Assembly: GCF_963921235.1 (NCBI RefSeq)
Contig: NC_086108.1
Span: forward strand, 63,242,001-63,306,000
Reading direction: 5' to 3'
Source of the DNA: Mobula hypostoma
Taxonomy: Eukaryota
Length of the DNA stretch: 64,000 nucleotides
Position numbers and translations under genes: made by a program. This document shows, piece by piece, positions 51,425 through 63,742 of this stretch. The number at the start of each line of letters is the position of its first letter. Within the stretch, counting starts at the first letter, position 1. The notes under the pieces are model-generated. The model saw only the letters and a list, made by a program, of their open reading frames with translations, was not told the origin of the DNA and did not search any database.

Positions 51425-52493
51425 GTGAGTCATTAAACTTGAGCCTTTCTCTAATGGTGTGGTGCACATGCTATGTATCTAATAATGCCTCATTGAGATA
51501 GGCCCTGGGAGCAGCAACTGACAATGGTAACTCCAGACACAGTTAAACCGTTTTGGGAGAAGGAGGCTGGCAAAGGGACTCCAGTTATTTCAAGGGATTG
51601 GGTGGTTAAGAGAAGTGATGGGTGAGGTGGAAGAGGGTCAATTTGTAATTACAGTTTTACTTGTAATTAAAGCAATGTGGCTTCTTGCAACTTCAATGTA
51701 GAGCTTATAAAATGTTACCTTGGCTTCCAATGGAAGGACTATTATTAGGCCACATCCAGGATACTGATTGTGATGGTTCCAAATGTTGCTCTGCCCATAA
51801 GCACCTCAGGAATGCACAGCTGTGGGTTCCATGTTAATTCATTAAATACCCCTGGCATAATTATGTGTGCTGCAGTATATAATAAGAATATTCCTATGCA
51901 GTAGCTGTTTGCTGAATTATTTATTGAAGTATCAGAACATGTGAAGAAAAAAAACCCAAAATAACAAACTGGGAGATTTTAATCCTTTGTGGTTACAAAG
52001 GAATGGTTGTGATTTTTCTGTTTTGTTATGTCCTGTACATTTCTTGTCCCGTGTTTCCTCTACAACATGTGTTGCAGTTCCCTGGGACACCTGCAATTAC
52101 CCTTCCACTGCTGACACCTGCTGGGGACTGCTCCCACTCCCATTATATCATTCTCTCTTGCCCATTCTGCAGAAGGCTCTACCACACCACACTTCACACT
52201 TTTCCCCTTTACCTTAACTTACTTTAATGAATATCATAATGAGAGCAACCTTCTTAAGGGTGGGTGTGCCTATGTTTCTTCTTTATCCTGTGTTACAGTT
52301 CCCTGGGTTGCACTCCCACTCTCCCATTCTGCAGTAGACACTACCACACCACACATCACCCTTTTTCCTTTTATCATAAACTTTAATAAATATCTTTTGT
52401 TTGTAATTCCTGTTGTGGCCTGACTCATTTGTGTTGCTTCCTGAGAACAGAGGTTGTAACAGTGTATAACCTTTCTTTCTGCAATTCTTGCAG

Positions 52494-52566
52494 AGACCCA
52501 TCTTTTTTCAATGAATCATGGTTGAGTCGCATTAAAAGTGATGTGGGTGAGAATTCCAGATTGAAG
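52494..52566 (+). CDS. HOOK1: Hook exon 3: DPSFFNESWLSRIKSDVGENSRLK
   Basis: ttcttgcag|...AAG|gtacag; 73 nt; FNESWLSRIK as in HOOK1. Confidence 0.92.
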
Positions 52567-53059
52567 GTACAGTTCTGAATGCTATCAAGCTGATATTTTT
52601 AAAGGATTAAAGCATCATTGGGATGTTTTGTGTAATAATTAAAAATATGACATGTACATTATTTTAGCAAAGAATTTAGAAGTATAAATTCATTCCTCTT
52701 CTAATAGCTCTAAAATGAAAATGTTAAACTGGATTCAAATTTCTGTGAACTGTGTAATGGTAAAACATTGAAGTGTACAGTGGTCTTTAACAGAAAATAT
52801 AGAACAGTTGGGACAAATTCTCAGCAGCTTTTAATAAATTGCAAAATAGCATACTTACTGAACTAGTATAGTTCAACTACCAATATATACAACAGCCCAT
52901 TTATACAACTTGATCAAGAAAGAATCAAATGCAAAGCTACGCTGGTTTCACATTTCTGTACTAATTATTTATCTGCCTCGACTTACAAATGCAAAGTTTC
53001 TCCTCATAGCAGTCTGAAAGTACTTATATTATTTCTTATGTGTTTGCTATTCTCCACAG

Positions 53060-53110
53060 CTGAATAATCTAAAGAAGGTTCTTCAGATGGTTCTCAATTA
53101 TTATCATGAG
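53060..53110 (+). CDS. HOOK1: Hook exon 4: LNNLKKVLQMVLNYYHE
   Basis: tctccacag|...GAG|gtaaca; 51 nt. Confidence 0.92.
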
Positions 53111-55795
53111 GTAACATTTTAAGTTACTATGGTAATGGTGCATGTGGTGGGGAAGTAGAAGTAGGAGAGCTATCCCAGAAAATATATTCACGTGTAAGTT
53201 TTCACCCTGGCATTAGGGATACATGCCTCTCCAAAGACCAGCACATCTGAATGTATTCCCTTTAGTTTAGAAACTCAGAACTTTGCTAAGTAGCAAGATT
53301 ACACAGCTGTAAATTTAAGGCTACCTTTTCCTCTTAAAACTTTCATTTTCCTGGAGTTGTGCCTATTCTATTAAGCTAATGGGTAAAGGGTGTTTTTGTA
53401 ATGTGGATGCAGTGTTTGTTCAGTCTGAACTAGTCATTGTAGTTCTGATTAGAAAGCCAAACGGCTTCTGTATTGTTTAAACTACCTATAATGTAACTAC
53501 AGCTTCTTAACCCTCATCCAAATCTCAATCTTGCTATCACTTGAAGCACTCATCCATAATTTTATAGGCTCTTTGCTTCCCCATTTGCCTCTATACTGGG
53601 TTCTAGACCTTCAGCCTCCAGAAATTCCACCCCTGAATCTGGAAGCTGAACAAGATCTACTTACCCAGATCTTGCTAATTTACAAGGTTTCTTTGCTCTC
53701 ATGTATCAAACTAAAATTTTCACTCCTCCCGTAATTCATTTTCTTGCCTTTAACTGTACATCAACATTGGTAGTTTCCTAGTGCCTTCTTTTAATTCTCA
53801 TCCTCTGGCTATCCTTTTTTCCATCTTTTGAATAGTGAAAAAGACCTTGGCTTTTTTGTCCCCAGGAACCCTCCAATTTGCCTTTAGTTTTTATTCCCTA
53901 ATTCCATCCAACACACTATCTCCTCAGTCCTGATGCAGGTTTTCAACCCAAAGTAGTTCCTTTCCTTCCACGGAAGCTACTCGACCACTCAGTTCTTTCA
54001 GGAAATTGTATGTTGCTCCAGCATCTGCAGCCTCTTGTGTTTCTATTCTGTGTCTCAAATCCTTTTTATCTCTTTCTTTCCTTCCTTCTGTTTCTTCAGA
54101 AGATTTGCATGAACAGTATGCAAGACAAGCTTTTCAGTGTACCTATAAAATGTGCCAATAATGAAACCAATTTCAATCCCAGGTGAGGGGATTCTTCAAT
54201 TTTCCTATCTTTTTTCCATAGTGCTTTTCCAAACTTTCTGTGTCCATCCCTTTGCTCTCAACCTGCAAGAATGAAAAACCCAATTATCAGAAAGTATATA
54301 TTGATAATTGAAGAATTCAGGAAGTTTGCTTGTCTGAATAAGTTCCGCTTGTTTAGGCTTCCACTCTCTTTTTAGGAATGCAACTATCGTGTGTGAATTC
54401 TATACCTCATCTGTAGAAGGGATTATATTCAGAAGAAATTAGGTTTATATAAAGTCATTATTTATCTCTCCAAGTTCAGACTACTACTTTTTAAAATGCT
54501 ATTTTCATCCTTGATTTTCTAAAGGCAAAGGTTTGAATACTTTGAGGGGATTTTCTGTTTACATGACTGTTCTTCATCTGGAGTCTAAACTGTAAATGTT
54601 AACAGATTACATTCAAATGTAGGAGCCATTTCTGCTGAACCTAATCATATTCTCCAAATGTTCATACATGCATAACTTCCATTTAGCCACTACTACTTCA
54701 TTAACAACTTAATGAAGTTATTTTAATACTCTGCTGTTTTGATTTCTAAATTCAACTAATTTAGCACAGGTTTGCAAATTAAATCTGTATTTTAAAGATC
54801 TGGATGGTCTCATTCTCTTTTCAATAGTATATTTGCAAATGGACTGAGATTCATCTGTTCAAGATTTCAAAGTAAATTTATTATCAAAGAATGCATACAT
54901 TATACAACCCAAAAGAAGACAATTTAAAAATAAAGACCAACACCCGATGCGCAGAAAAAGTGAAAAAGAACACACACCATGCAGACAATAGAACTGAGCA
55001 ACTGCATTCTGAACTACACTGACTCCTTAGATCTGAACCCCAGAGCAGCCTGAAGTAGGCCCAAAGCCTCGGTATGAGTCCATCATATTAGTGGGCATAG
55101 AGCACGGCAGCTGGGGGGGGGGGGGGGGGTAGTTTTCATAGCCTGTCCTTAGCCAGGGAGAGAGGAATGAACATTCACAGGAGAGCGAATGAAATCTGCT
55201 CCTGCCTCCAATCCCTGTCTTTCCAGTGTATCATTTAGATAGTCCAAACACCGTATCATACTTTGCACCAGGACCCAGTGACCACTGCCATAAACACACC
55301 TTCCAGGCCTAGAACACACCATCCAGTGAATCACTCTGGGCCCAGATTTTTCTGCCTAGCCCGAAGCCCCTCTTAATTCCTCCAGATCGGCTCAGCACCC
55401 AGAGCGATCCAACCTCACGCCCGGTCCACGGGAATCAAAACTTCGCTACCTTGGCTTTTCCGCTCCGAATGGCTCACTCCATCTGCATCAATTCTGCAAC
55501 ATACCAGGACCGTTCATCCCTCAAATTCGATTCGCTTTTGCTCGCCGCTTCATTGTGGCGATAATTTACCACAATTTACTTCATAAAAGGTGATATTAGT
55601 ATTAGTGGAATTTATTGCCTTTTGAATTACCAGTGGGCTGTTGCACGCGTTCGGTAGCACAATCTTGAACATTTAAAGTTCAAATGTTTGATGTCAATTA
55701 AATAGTTGATAGACGTTTGAGAATTATTTGTTTCACTTGTACAAGAAATGACATGTCTAACAGCTACACTGTTAGTAATTGAAAACAATTTGCAG

Positions 55796-55928
55796 GTACT
55801 CGCCCAACAGATCGCAGAATCTCTTCACCCAGATTTGAGTCTGATTGTAGATCATGTTGATGTAGTGGAACTCGGCAGATTGCTCCAACTGATTTTGGGG
55901 TGTGCAGTAAACTGTGAGAGGAAGGAGG
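55796..55928 (+). CDS. HOOK1: Hook exon 5: VLAQQIAESLHPDLSLIVDHVDVVELGRLLQLILGCAVNCERKE
   Basis: ELGRLLQLILGCAVNC signature; tttgcag|...G|gtacgt; 133 nt. Confidence 0.95.
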
Positions 55929-56348
55929 GTACGTGTATTGAAAATTTATAATTTTGTTTTGTCAGAGCATTGCAATCAGTTGTATGTGCTCCTTTAGGGC
56001 TGTATTGTTTTTTTAGAAAAAAGGACATTTCACATTAAATCATCTGCCCAACTCCTGAAGAAATTGATTAATGCTGAGATATGATTTTTAGGAAAATCAT
56101 CCATCCTTAACTCTGCCAGTACCTTTTAGTGTAAGCTCAGATAGTTCTGGCAACTAGACAGTGGGAACATCATAAATGAAGTGATGTTGTTTATACAGCA
56201 TGTGCATAGTTGCTACAGTAGCTATTGAATACTCTTCCCGCCTGAGAGAACTTATTCCTAGCGTGTCAGCTGATAACTGTTGTTTTAATGCAAACTGGGA
56301 GTTGAAGCTGCACCAGATGTCTGGACATCACCTTTTTGACATCCAACA

Positions 56349-57490
56349 GAAAACATAGAGCAGCACAGCATAGAAACAGGCCCTTTGCCCCACTCCCTTC
56401 CTCGACGTTCCCTCCCAGCCCCATCACATCTGTGCCAGTGTAACTAATACATCTGCCTATGTATGACCCATATCCCTCTTTCCTTGTGATATGTATGTCC
56501 AACTGCCTCTTAAATGTTGGTATGGTATCTGCTTCTACCATTTCTTCTGGCACTTACCACACTCAAGTTTATATTAAAAAAACACTTCCTCACATATGTA
56601 TTTATCTCCTTTAAACTTGCCCCCGCTCACCTTTGGAACCAATGTGCTCTAGTGTTTGATATTTCTACCCTGGGAGAATTACCCTGATTATCTGTGCCTC
56701 TCATTATGTTAATTTCTCTGATTAGCTTTGCTTTCAATCTCCAATCCTCCAGGAATAACAATTTATGTTTGTCCAACCTCTCCTTGTAGCTCAACTCAAC
56801 CCAAGCCAGTATCTTGTAGAACCTCTTCTGCACCTTCTCCAATGCCTCCACATCCTTCCTGCACTTTGGCCCCCAGAACTGAACGTAATAGTCCAAATGT
56901 AGGACAACCAAAGTTTTATACAGCGGTAACAAGATTTGCTAACTTTTATATGCAGTACCCCAGCTGAAGAAGGCAAAGATCCAGTATGCCTTCTTTGCCA
57001 CTCTATCTGCATGTGCCACCTTCAGAGACCTATACACTTGTACCTCATAATCTTTCTGTGCATCAGGCTCCTAAGGGTCCTGCCATGTACTGTATAACTT
57101 CCTCTTACATTTGACATCCCACTTCTCCAGATTAAACTTCAGCTGCCTTTTCTCTGCCCAAATATCTAAACTGATCTGTAGCTTACTGTATCCTTATACA
57201 CACAAAGCTCCACCATTTTTCAGCTGATCTGTAAATAACTTCTGCAAGTTATTATATGTATTGCAAATAGCAGAAGTCCTGATAAGTCACCTGATCGCAG
57301 GTCTACAGATCAATAAAACACCATTCCGCCACTATCTTCTATTGTTTATAACCAATTTTTATCCATTTTACTAATTCACCATGAATTTCATGTGACTTAA
57401 TCTTCTGGAAAACCCGACCTCAAAAGATCCTGATAATGCTCTACTAAAGTCCATTTAGACTACATTGTCTGCCCTACTCTCATTGGCTGT
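56349..57490 (-). mobile_element. Old CR1 fragment
   Basis: LYKTLVVLHLDYYVQFW, LEKVQKRF and PEEMVEADTIPTFKRQLD. Confidence 0.8.
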
Positions 57491-57613
57491 CTTCAGATTT
57501 TTAAATACACGGTACAAATAGAATTATTTTTAAAACTCCATGAGTGAACGATAAAGATTTAAGAAATACATTTTTAATTGTGATACTTTAATATATTTAA
57601 CTTCTAATTGCAG

Positions 57614-57681
57614 AGCACATCCAGATCATAATGACGCTGGAAGAGTCTGTGCAACATAATGTGATGACCGCCATTCAAGAA
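57614..57681 (+). CDS. HOOK1: Hook exon 6: EHIQIIMTLEESVQHNVMTAIQE
   Basis: ttctaattgcag|...GAA|gtaagg; 68 nt; IMTLEESVQH signature. Confidence 0.95.
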
Positions 57682-59149
57682 GTAAGGAAACACAGATCTA
57701 AGTGTATCATGATTTTAGTGTAGGCAACAGTTTTTTGAATGTTATAACCTTTCATAGCTGAGGGTGATCAGGATAGAATGACAAGATCTAACTTGGAACC
57801 TGTCCTTAACTTATTGAAACTATTTGTGACTCCAGCCCCATGTCAGTGTGCTTGATTCCTAAGGTGCCTTAGTGAAGTACTTAGCTGGTGCAGCATTATT
57901 AATACTATCTGTATCAATGGTGGCCACATTTGGAAAAAGAATAACAATGGAAGAATATTCTGCATACAGTATATTTCTGTTACCATTGACCATTTCTACC
58001 ATCTCCCTCCCCTTTCTCGATCTCTCTGTTTCCATTTCTGGAGACAAACTGTCGACCAACATCTTTTACAGACCTGCCAATTCCCACCGTTATCTTGACT
58101 ACCTCTCCCCACCCTGTCTCCTGTAAAAGTGATATTCTCTTTTCTCATTTCCTTCACCTCTGCCACATCTGTTCCCAGGATGCAGCTTTCCATTTCAGGA
58201 CATCAGAGATATCCTCCTCCTGCAGAGAATGGGGTTGCCCTTCCACCATCATTGATGCTGCTCGCAACTACATTTCCTCCACTTCTCGAACATCTGTGCT
58301 CACCCCATCTTCCCACTTTCCGAACAATGATAGAGTTTCTCTTGTCATGACCTGCCACCTCATGAGCCTCCCATCATCCTCTGTAACATCAACCATCCCC
58401 AAAGGGACCCTACTATCAAACATATCTTAAATCCACACTCCCCCCACACTTCCACAGGGATTGTTCCCTCAGTGATTCTCTTGTCCATTTTCCTCTCCCC
58501 ACTGATCGTTTTCTCGGCACTTATCCCTGCAAGTGGCCTAAGTGCTACACCAACCCATTCAACCCCTCCCTCACCTCCTTTCAGGGCCCCAAAAGTAGTT
58601 CTTCCAGGTGAGACAACACTTCACCTGTGTATCTGCTAGGGTTGTTAATATTGAGTCTGGTGCTCGTGATGTGGCTTCCTCTACACTAGTGAGACCTGTT
58701 GTAAATTGAGGGACTGCTTCATCGAACTTCTCCGCTTCATTGCAAAAAACAGAACTTCCCGATGGCCAAATATATTAATTCCGATTCCCATTCCCATTTT
58801 GACATGTGCCAAGATGAGGCCACCTCAGGGTGGAGGAGCCACACATTATATTCTGTCTGGGTAGTCTCTAACCTGGTGGCTTGAATATTGATTTCTCCTT
58901 CCAGTAAAAAATAATATCCATCTCCCTGTCCTCTTCTATTCCCCACTCTGGTCTCTTACCTCTTCCCACTGGTCTATCATCTCCCACTGGGTCTCCTCCT
59001 CCCTCGCTTTCTCCTATGGACAACTTTCCTCTCCTATCAGATTCCTTCCTCTCCAGTCTTTCAACTTTCCTACCTACCTGGCTTCACCTATCACCTTACT
59101 TTCCAGTCCTGAAGAAGGGTCTCGGCTCAAAACATTGACTGCTTATTCA

Positions 59150-60557
59150 ACACACATCAAAGTTGCTGGTGAACGCAGCAGGCCAGGCAACATCTCTAGG
59201 AAGAGGTGTAGTCGATGTTTCAGGCCGAGACACTTCGTCAGGACTAACTGAAGGAAGAGTGAGTAAGGGATTTGAAAGTGGGAAGGGGAGGGGGAGATGC
59301 AAAATGATAGGAGAAGACAGGAGGGGGAGGGATGGAGCCAAGAGCTGGACAGGTGATAGGCAAAAGGGATACGAGAGGATCATGGAACAGGAGGTCTGGG
59401 AAGAAAGACAAGGGTGGGGGGGAGCCCAGAGGATGGGCAAGGGGTATATTCAAAGGGATAGAGGGAGAAAAAGGAGAGTGAGAGAAAGAATGTGTGTATA
59501 AAAATAAGTAACAGATGGGTTACGAGGGGGAGATGGGGCATTAGCGGAAGTTAGAGAAGTCGATGTTCATGCCATCAGGTTGGAGGCTACCCAGACAGAA
59601 TATAAGGTGTTGTTCCTCCAACCTGAGTTTTTTTTCCCTCCCCCCCCCCCGGGCTTTCCGCTGGGATCGCTCCCTACGTGACTCCCTTGTCCATTCGTCC
59701 CCCCCATCCCTCCCCACTGATCTCCCTCCTGGCACTTATCTGTGTAAGCGGAACAAGTGCTACACATGCCCTTACACTTCCTCCCTTACCACCATTCAGG
59801 GCCCCAAACAGTCCTTCCAGGTGAGGCGACACTTCACCTGTGAGTCGGCTGGGGTGATATACTGCGTCCGGTGCTCCCGATGTGGCCTTTTATATATTGG
59901 CGAGACCCGACGCAGACTGGGAGACAGCTTTGCTGAACACCGCCAGAGAAAGCAGGATCTCCCAGTGGCCACTCATTTTAATTCCACATCCCATTCCCAT
60001 TCTGACATGTCTATCCACGGCCTCCTCTACTGTAAAGATGAAGCCACACTCAGGTTGGAGGAACAACACCTTATATTCCGTCTGGGTAGCCTCCAACCTG
60101 ATGGCATGAACATCGACTTCTCTAACTTCTGCTAATGCCCCACCTCCCCCTCGTACCCCATCTGTTACTTATTTTTATGTACACATTCTTCTCTAACTCT
60201 CCTTTTTCTCCCTCTGTCCCTCTGAATGTACCCCTTGCCCATCCTCTGGGTCCCCCCCCCTTGCCTTTCTTCCCGGACCTCCTGTCCCATGATCCTCTCG
60301 TATCCCTTTTGCCTATCACCTGTCCAGCTCTTGGCTCTATCCCTCCCCCTCCTGTCTTCTCCTATCATTTTGCATCTCCCCCTCCCCCTCCCACTTTCAA
60401 ATCCCTTACTCACTCTTCCTTCAGTTAGTCCTGACGAAGGGTCTCGGCCTGAAACGTCGACTGCGCCTCTTCCTATAGATGCTGCCTGGCCTGCTGCGTT
60501 CACCAGCAACTTTGATGTGTGTTGCTTGAATTTCCAGCATCTGCAGAATTCCTGTTG
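59150..60557. mobile_element. Young Penelope-like fold-back insertion with a GIY-YIG endonuclease segment
   Basis: ORF 59563-60135 CKRNKCYTCPY..HFTCESAGVIYCVRCSRCGLLYIGETRRRL..VATHFN. Imperfect 16-bp TSD ATTGACTgcTTATTCA/ATTGACTctTTATTCA. Confidence 0.92.
60427..60462 (+). ncRNA. Minimal type I hammerhead ribozyme motif in a PLE pLTR
   Basis: AGUC-CUGACGA-A-GGGU(cucg)GCCU-GAAA-CG-UC^GACU: stem I AGUC/GACU, stem II, and palindromic ACGU in place of stem III. Confidence 0.8.
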
Positions 60558-62556
60558 ATTGACTCTTTATTCATTTCCATAGATGCTGCCTGGCCTGCTG
60601 AGTTTCTCCAGCATTTTGTTTGTGTTTTGTTAACTATAGTATAAAAATGCACATCACAAAATGCCGAAAATACTGTATCAGAAAACACATAATATAGTGA
60701 AAGAGCATCCAGAATGGAGATTAAGCAAAAGATGCTTTTTCAGTTTTCTTGGACATTGCATTCTTGAAATGTAAAAAGGTGAATCCATATGTGAAATATT
60801 ATCAGTGCTGATGTAGATACCAAGATAGGTTTTTAAAAAAAAGAATAACCATTTGAAACTTCTGTAAGCATGTTTCTTTTAAAAAAAAATTACTAAAGAT
60901 TCAAGAAAGCTACTAATATTGATGTGTACCATGGGAAAATAATTGACGTTTGGTAAATTTTTGCCTCAATAAACAAACCAATGAGATGCATAAACTCAAT
61001 TAAAAAATTGCTTCCATCTGTAATTGGAACAGATGCAGGTTTTTTAAATCAGATATTTGGACCTCTAAATTGGCATGCCTGTTGTGTGCTTCGATGACTT
61101 GATATTGACTGTCATATTTACATCTAGATTAATTAGCATGCTCTAAATTAGCTGATGAGGATAAGAATAACTAGCGCTGCAACAGCTATCACATCTCAAA
61201 TCGTCCATAATGAAAACGTTGTTCTCTTTCCCATCATCTTCAGAAATTCCTGCAGTCTTTGCTGCCAGCCACAGCAAATTCGAAGTCCCTCATAATTGTT
61301 GATGTTCCTGGAGCCACAGAGCACTTTCTGTATTGCTATGTACTGTACTTGGTATTTATGTTATCTGCTATTGCCAAGAGAACTATTAATTTTTCATATT
61401 ATAACATAGAATCAGGTTTATTATCACTGACATATGTCATGAAATTTGTTGTTTAGTGGCAGCAGTATAGTGCAATACATTAAAAAAACTCTAATTTACA
61501 CTAAGGAATATATTACTTAGTTAGAGATGCATCATGGAACAAGCCCTTCCAGTCCTTTGAGCTACACTTCCAAGAAAACTCTTTTATTTGGGGGAAAAAA
61601 AGTGTAAGCAGACAGCAAAACAGTGCGGCAGGGTTCATACCTATGACTGCATCCCTGTACACCGTTCTAACTCCATAATCAGGTTCGCAGACGACACCAT
61701 GGTGATTGGCCTGATCAGAGGGGATGACGAGACAGCCTACAGGGGCTAGGTCCAGCACCTGGCCGTGTGGTGTGCCAATAACGTCCTGGCCCTTAACACC
61801 CAGAAGACCAAAGAGATTATTGTGGACTTCAGGCATGCTAGGAGCCGCTCTCATGTCCCCATCTACATCACCGGAGCTGTGGTGGAGCGGGTATCAAGCT
61901 TCAAACTCCTTGGTGTCCACATTTCTGATGATCTCACCTGGTCCCTGAACTCCTCCATCCTGATCAAAAAGGCACAACAGCGCCTTTATTTCCTGCGGCG
62001 CATCAAGAAAGCTCACCTCTGTCCCAGGATACTGACGGACTTTTACCGCTGTACCATTGAGAGCATACTCACCAACTGCATCTCAGTGTGGTATGGCAAT
62101 TGTCCCATATCGGACTGCAACGCACTCCAGCGGCTGGTGAAAACTGCCCAGTGGATTATTGGCACCCAATTGCCCACCATTGAGAACATCTACCATAAAC
62201 ACTGCCTGGGCAGGTTGAAAAGCATTATCAGGGATGCATCTCACCCCAACCATGGACTTTTTATCTCCTCCCATCCGGTAGGTGCTACAGGAGCCTCCGC
62301 TCCCGCACCAGCAGGCACAGGAAGAGATTCTTTCCTGAGGCTGTGACCCTGCTGAACCTCACATCACAGCGCTAAGCAGTATTGCACCCATGTTAGACTG
62401 TCTCAGTACTTTTATACTTGTGTGCTGTAGCACTTACTTTTTTATTGGCAGTTATTTTGTAAATAATACTATTCTTTTGCACTTCTAGTCAGATGCTAAT
62501 TGTATTTCATTAGCTTTGTATCTGTCCTCGGCACAATGACAATAAAGTTGAATCTA

Positions 62557-62890
62557 GCAACACACATAAAAGTTGCTGGTGAACGCAGCAGGCCAGGCAG
62601 CATCTCTAGGAAGAGGTGCAGTTGACGTTTCAGGCCGAGACCCTTCGTCAGGCCTAACTGAAGGAAAAGTGAGTAAGCCTCCAACTTTCAAATCCCTTAC
62701 TCACTGCTCCCCCTCCCCCTCCAACTTTCAAATCCCTTACTCACTCTTCCTTCAGTTAGTCCTGACGAAGGGTCTCGGCCTGAAACGTCGACTGCACCTC
62801 TTCCTAGAGATGCTGCCTGGCCTGCTGCGTTCACCAGCAACTTTTATGTGTGTTGCTTGAATTTCCAGCATCTGCAGAATTCCTGTTGTT
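62557..62890. mobile_element. Miniature Penelope-like fold-back insertion
   Basis: 14-bp TSD TAAAGTTGAATCTA (62543-62556 and 62891-62904). Confidence 0.88.
62758..62793 (+). ncRNA. Minimal type I hammerhead ribozyme motif in a PLE pLTR
   Basis: Identical 36-nt core to 60427-60462. Confidence 0.8.
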
Positions 62891-63139
62891 TAAAGTTGAA
62901 TCTAATCTAATCTAATCTAATAGAACATTCAGAAATCTGGTGGCGGAGGGGAAGAAGCTCTTCCTAAGACATTGAGTGTGTGTCTTAAGGTTTCTTCCCG
63001 ATGGCAATAATGAGAAGAGAGCATGTTAATGGTCTCCAAAAATGGATGCCACCTTCTTGAGGCATCACCTGGATGGTGAGGAGACTAGTGCCCACAATGA
63101 AGGGCACCAGTATATTGACTGGTCTGTTTTGCATTGCAG

Positions 63140-63199
63140 CTCATGAGTAAAGAACTGCCAGGAATATATGGTGAAGCATCTGGAGACTTGGAACAACGG
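63140..63199 (+). CDS. HOOK1: Hook exon 7: LMSKELPGIYGEASGDLEQR
   Basis: ttttgcattgcag|...CGG|gtaatt; 60 nt, phase 0-0. LMSKE..G.LEQ resembles HOOK1 more than HOOK2 or HOOK3 as recalled. Confidence 0.85.
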
Positions 63200-63742
63200 G
63201 TAATTAGAAAATATGATCACATTTTACTTTGCTTACATTTGATTATTACGTCCAGAATTTATTCTAACAAATCTGGGTTTAAGCCATTCCTTTAAAACTT
63301 AAACAATAGTATATTTTTAAAGTTAAGTAAAACTCTATTTTTAATCACTATAATCAGCTCTATTCTCAGGCATGTGGACTCAAAATAATAGACAGCACTA
63401 AGCTTTTTTTGAAAGTAAGTGTTTTAATTTACCCATGAAATGTTAGAAAGCAGAACTGCACTGACTGACCAAAAGATTTCAGCAAGCAGTCATTAAATTG
63501 GATGACTTGAATTCCTGTAACAATTTTTTAATAAAGAGCAAATTTGTTAGTGCATCATAAAGACTGGCAGTTAGATGTGAGTGATAAAATTTGGGTAGGA
63601 GAGGGACAAGTAAAAGAAACTTGGTTTTTGGCAAAGGAGAAGATCTATAGCATGGGGAAGGGTGGGGGTGCAGGTGAAATTCCAACAAGGACAGAATAGT
63701 AATGCAGAGACGAAGGTGGAGCAGAGATTCTACATGTACGTT

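Larger units (their letters stand above)
57990..60628 (+). mobile_element. Old Penelope-like element (RT C-terminus, GIY-YIG remnant, pLTR), interrupted by a younger PLE
   Basis: LPFLDLSVSISGDKLSTNIFYRP.NSHRYLDY motif. The pLTR is split at 59149/60558 and resumes tttccatagatgctgcc. Confidence 0.8.
61636..62920 (+). mobile_element. 5'-truncated Rex1/Babar-like LINE
   Basis: FADD motif at ~61684; ORF 61765-62346 LNTQKTKEIIVDFR, KKAQQRLYFLR, IESILT. The (AATCT)n tail is split by a PLE insert. Confidence 0.85.

Noticed and set aside
55748..55795. ORF start MTCLTATLLVIENNLQ before Hook exon 5
   Set aside because: Intronic in-frame extension with no Hook homology.
33183..63199. Assignment as HOOK2 or HOOK3
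   Set aside because: Exons 3-5 and 7 match recalled HOOK1 better. The paralogue call still needs phylogeny and synteny.
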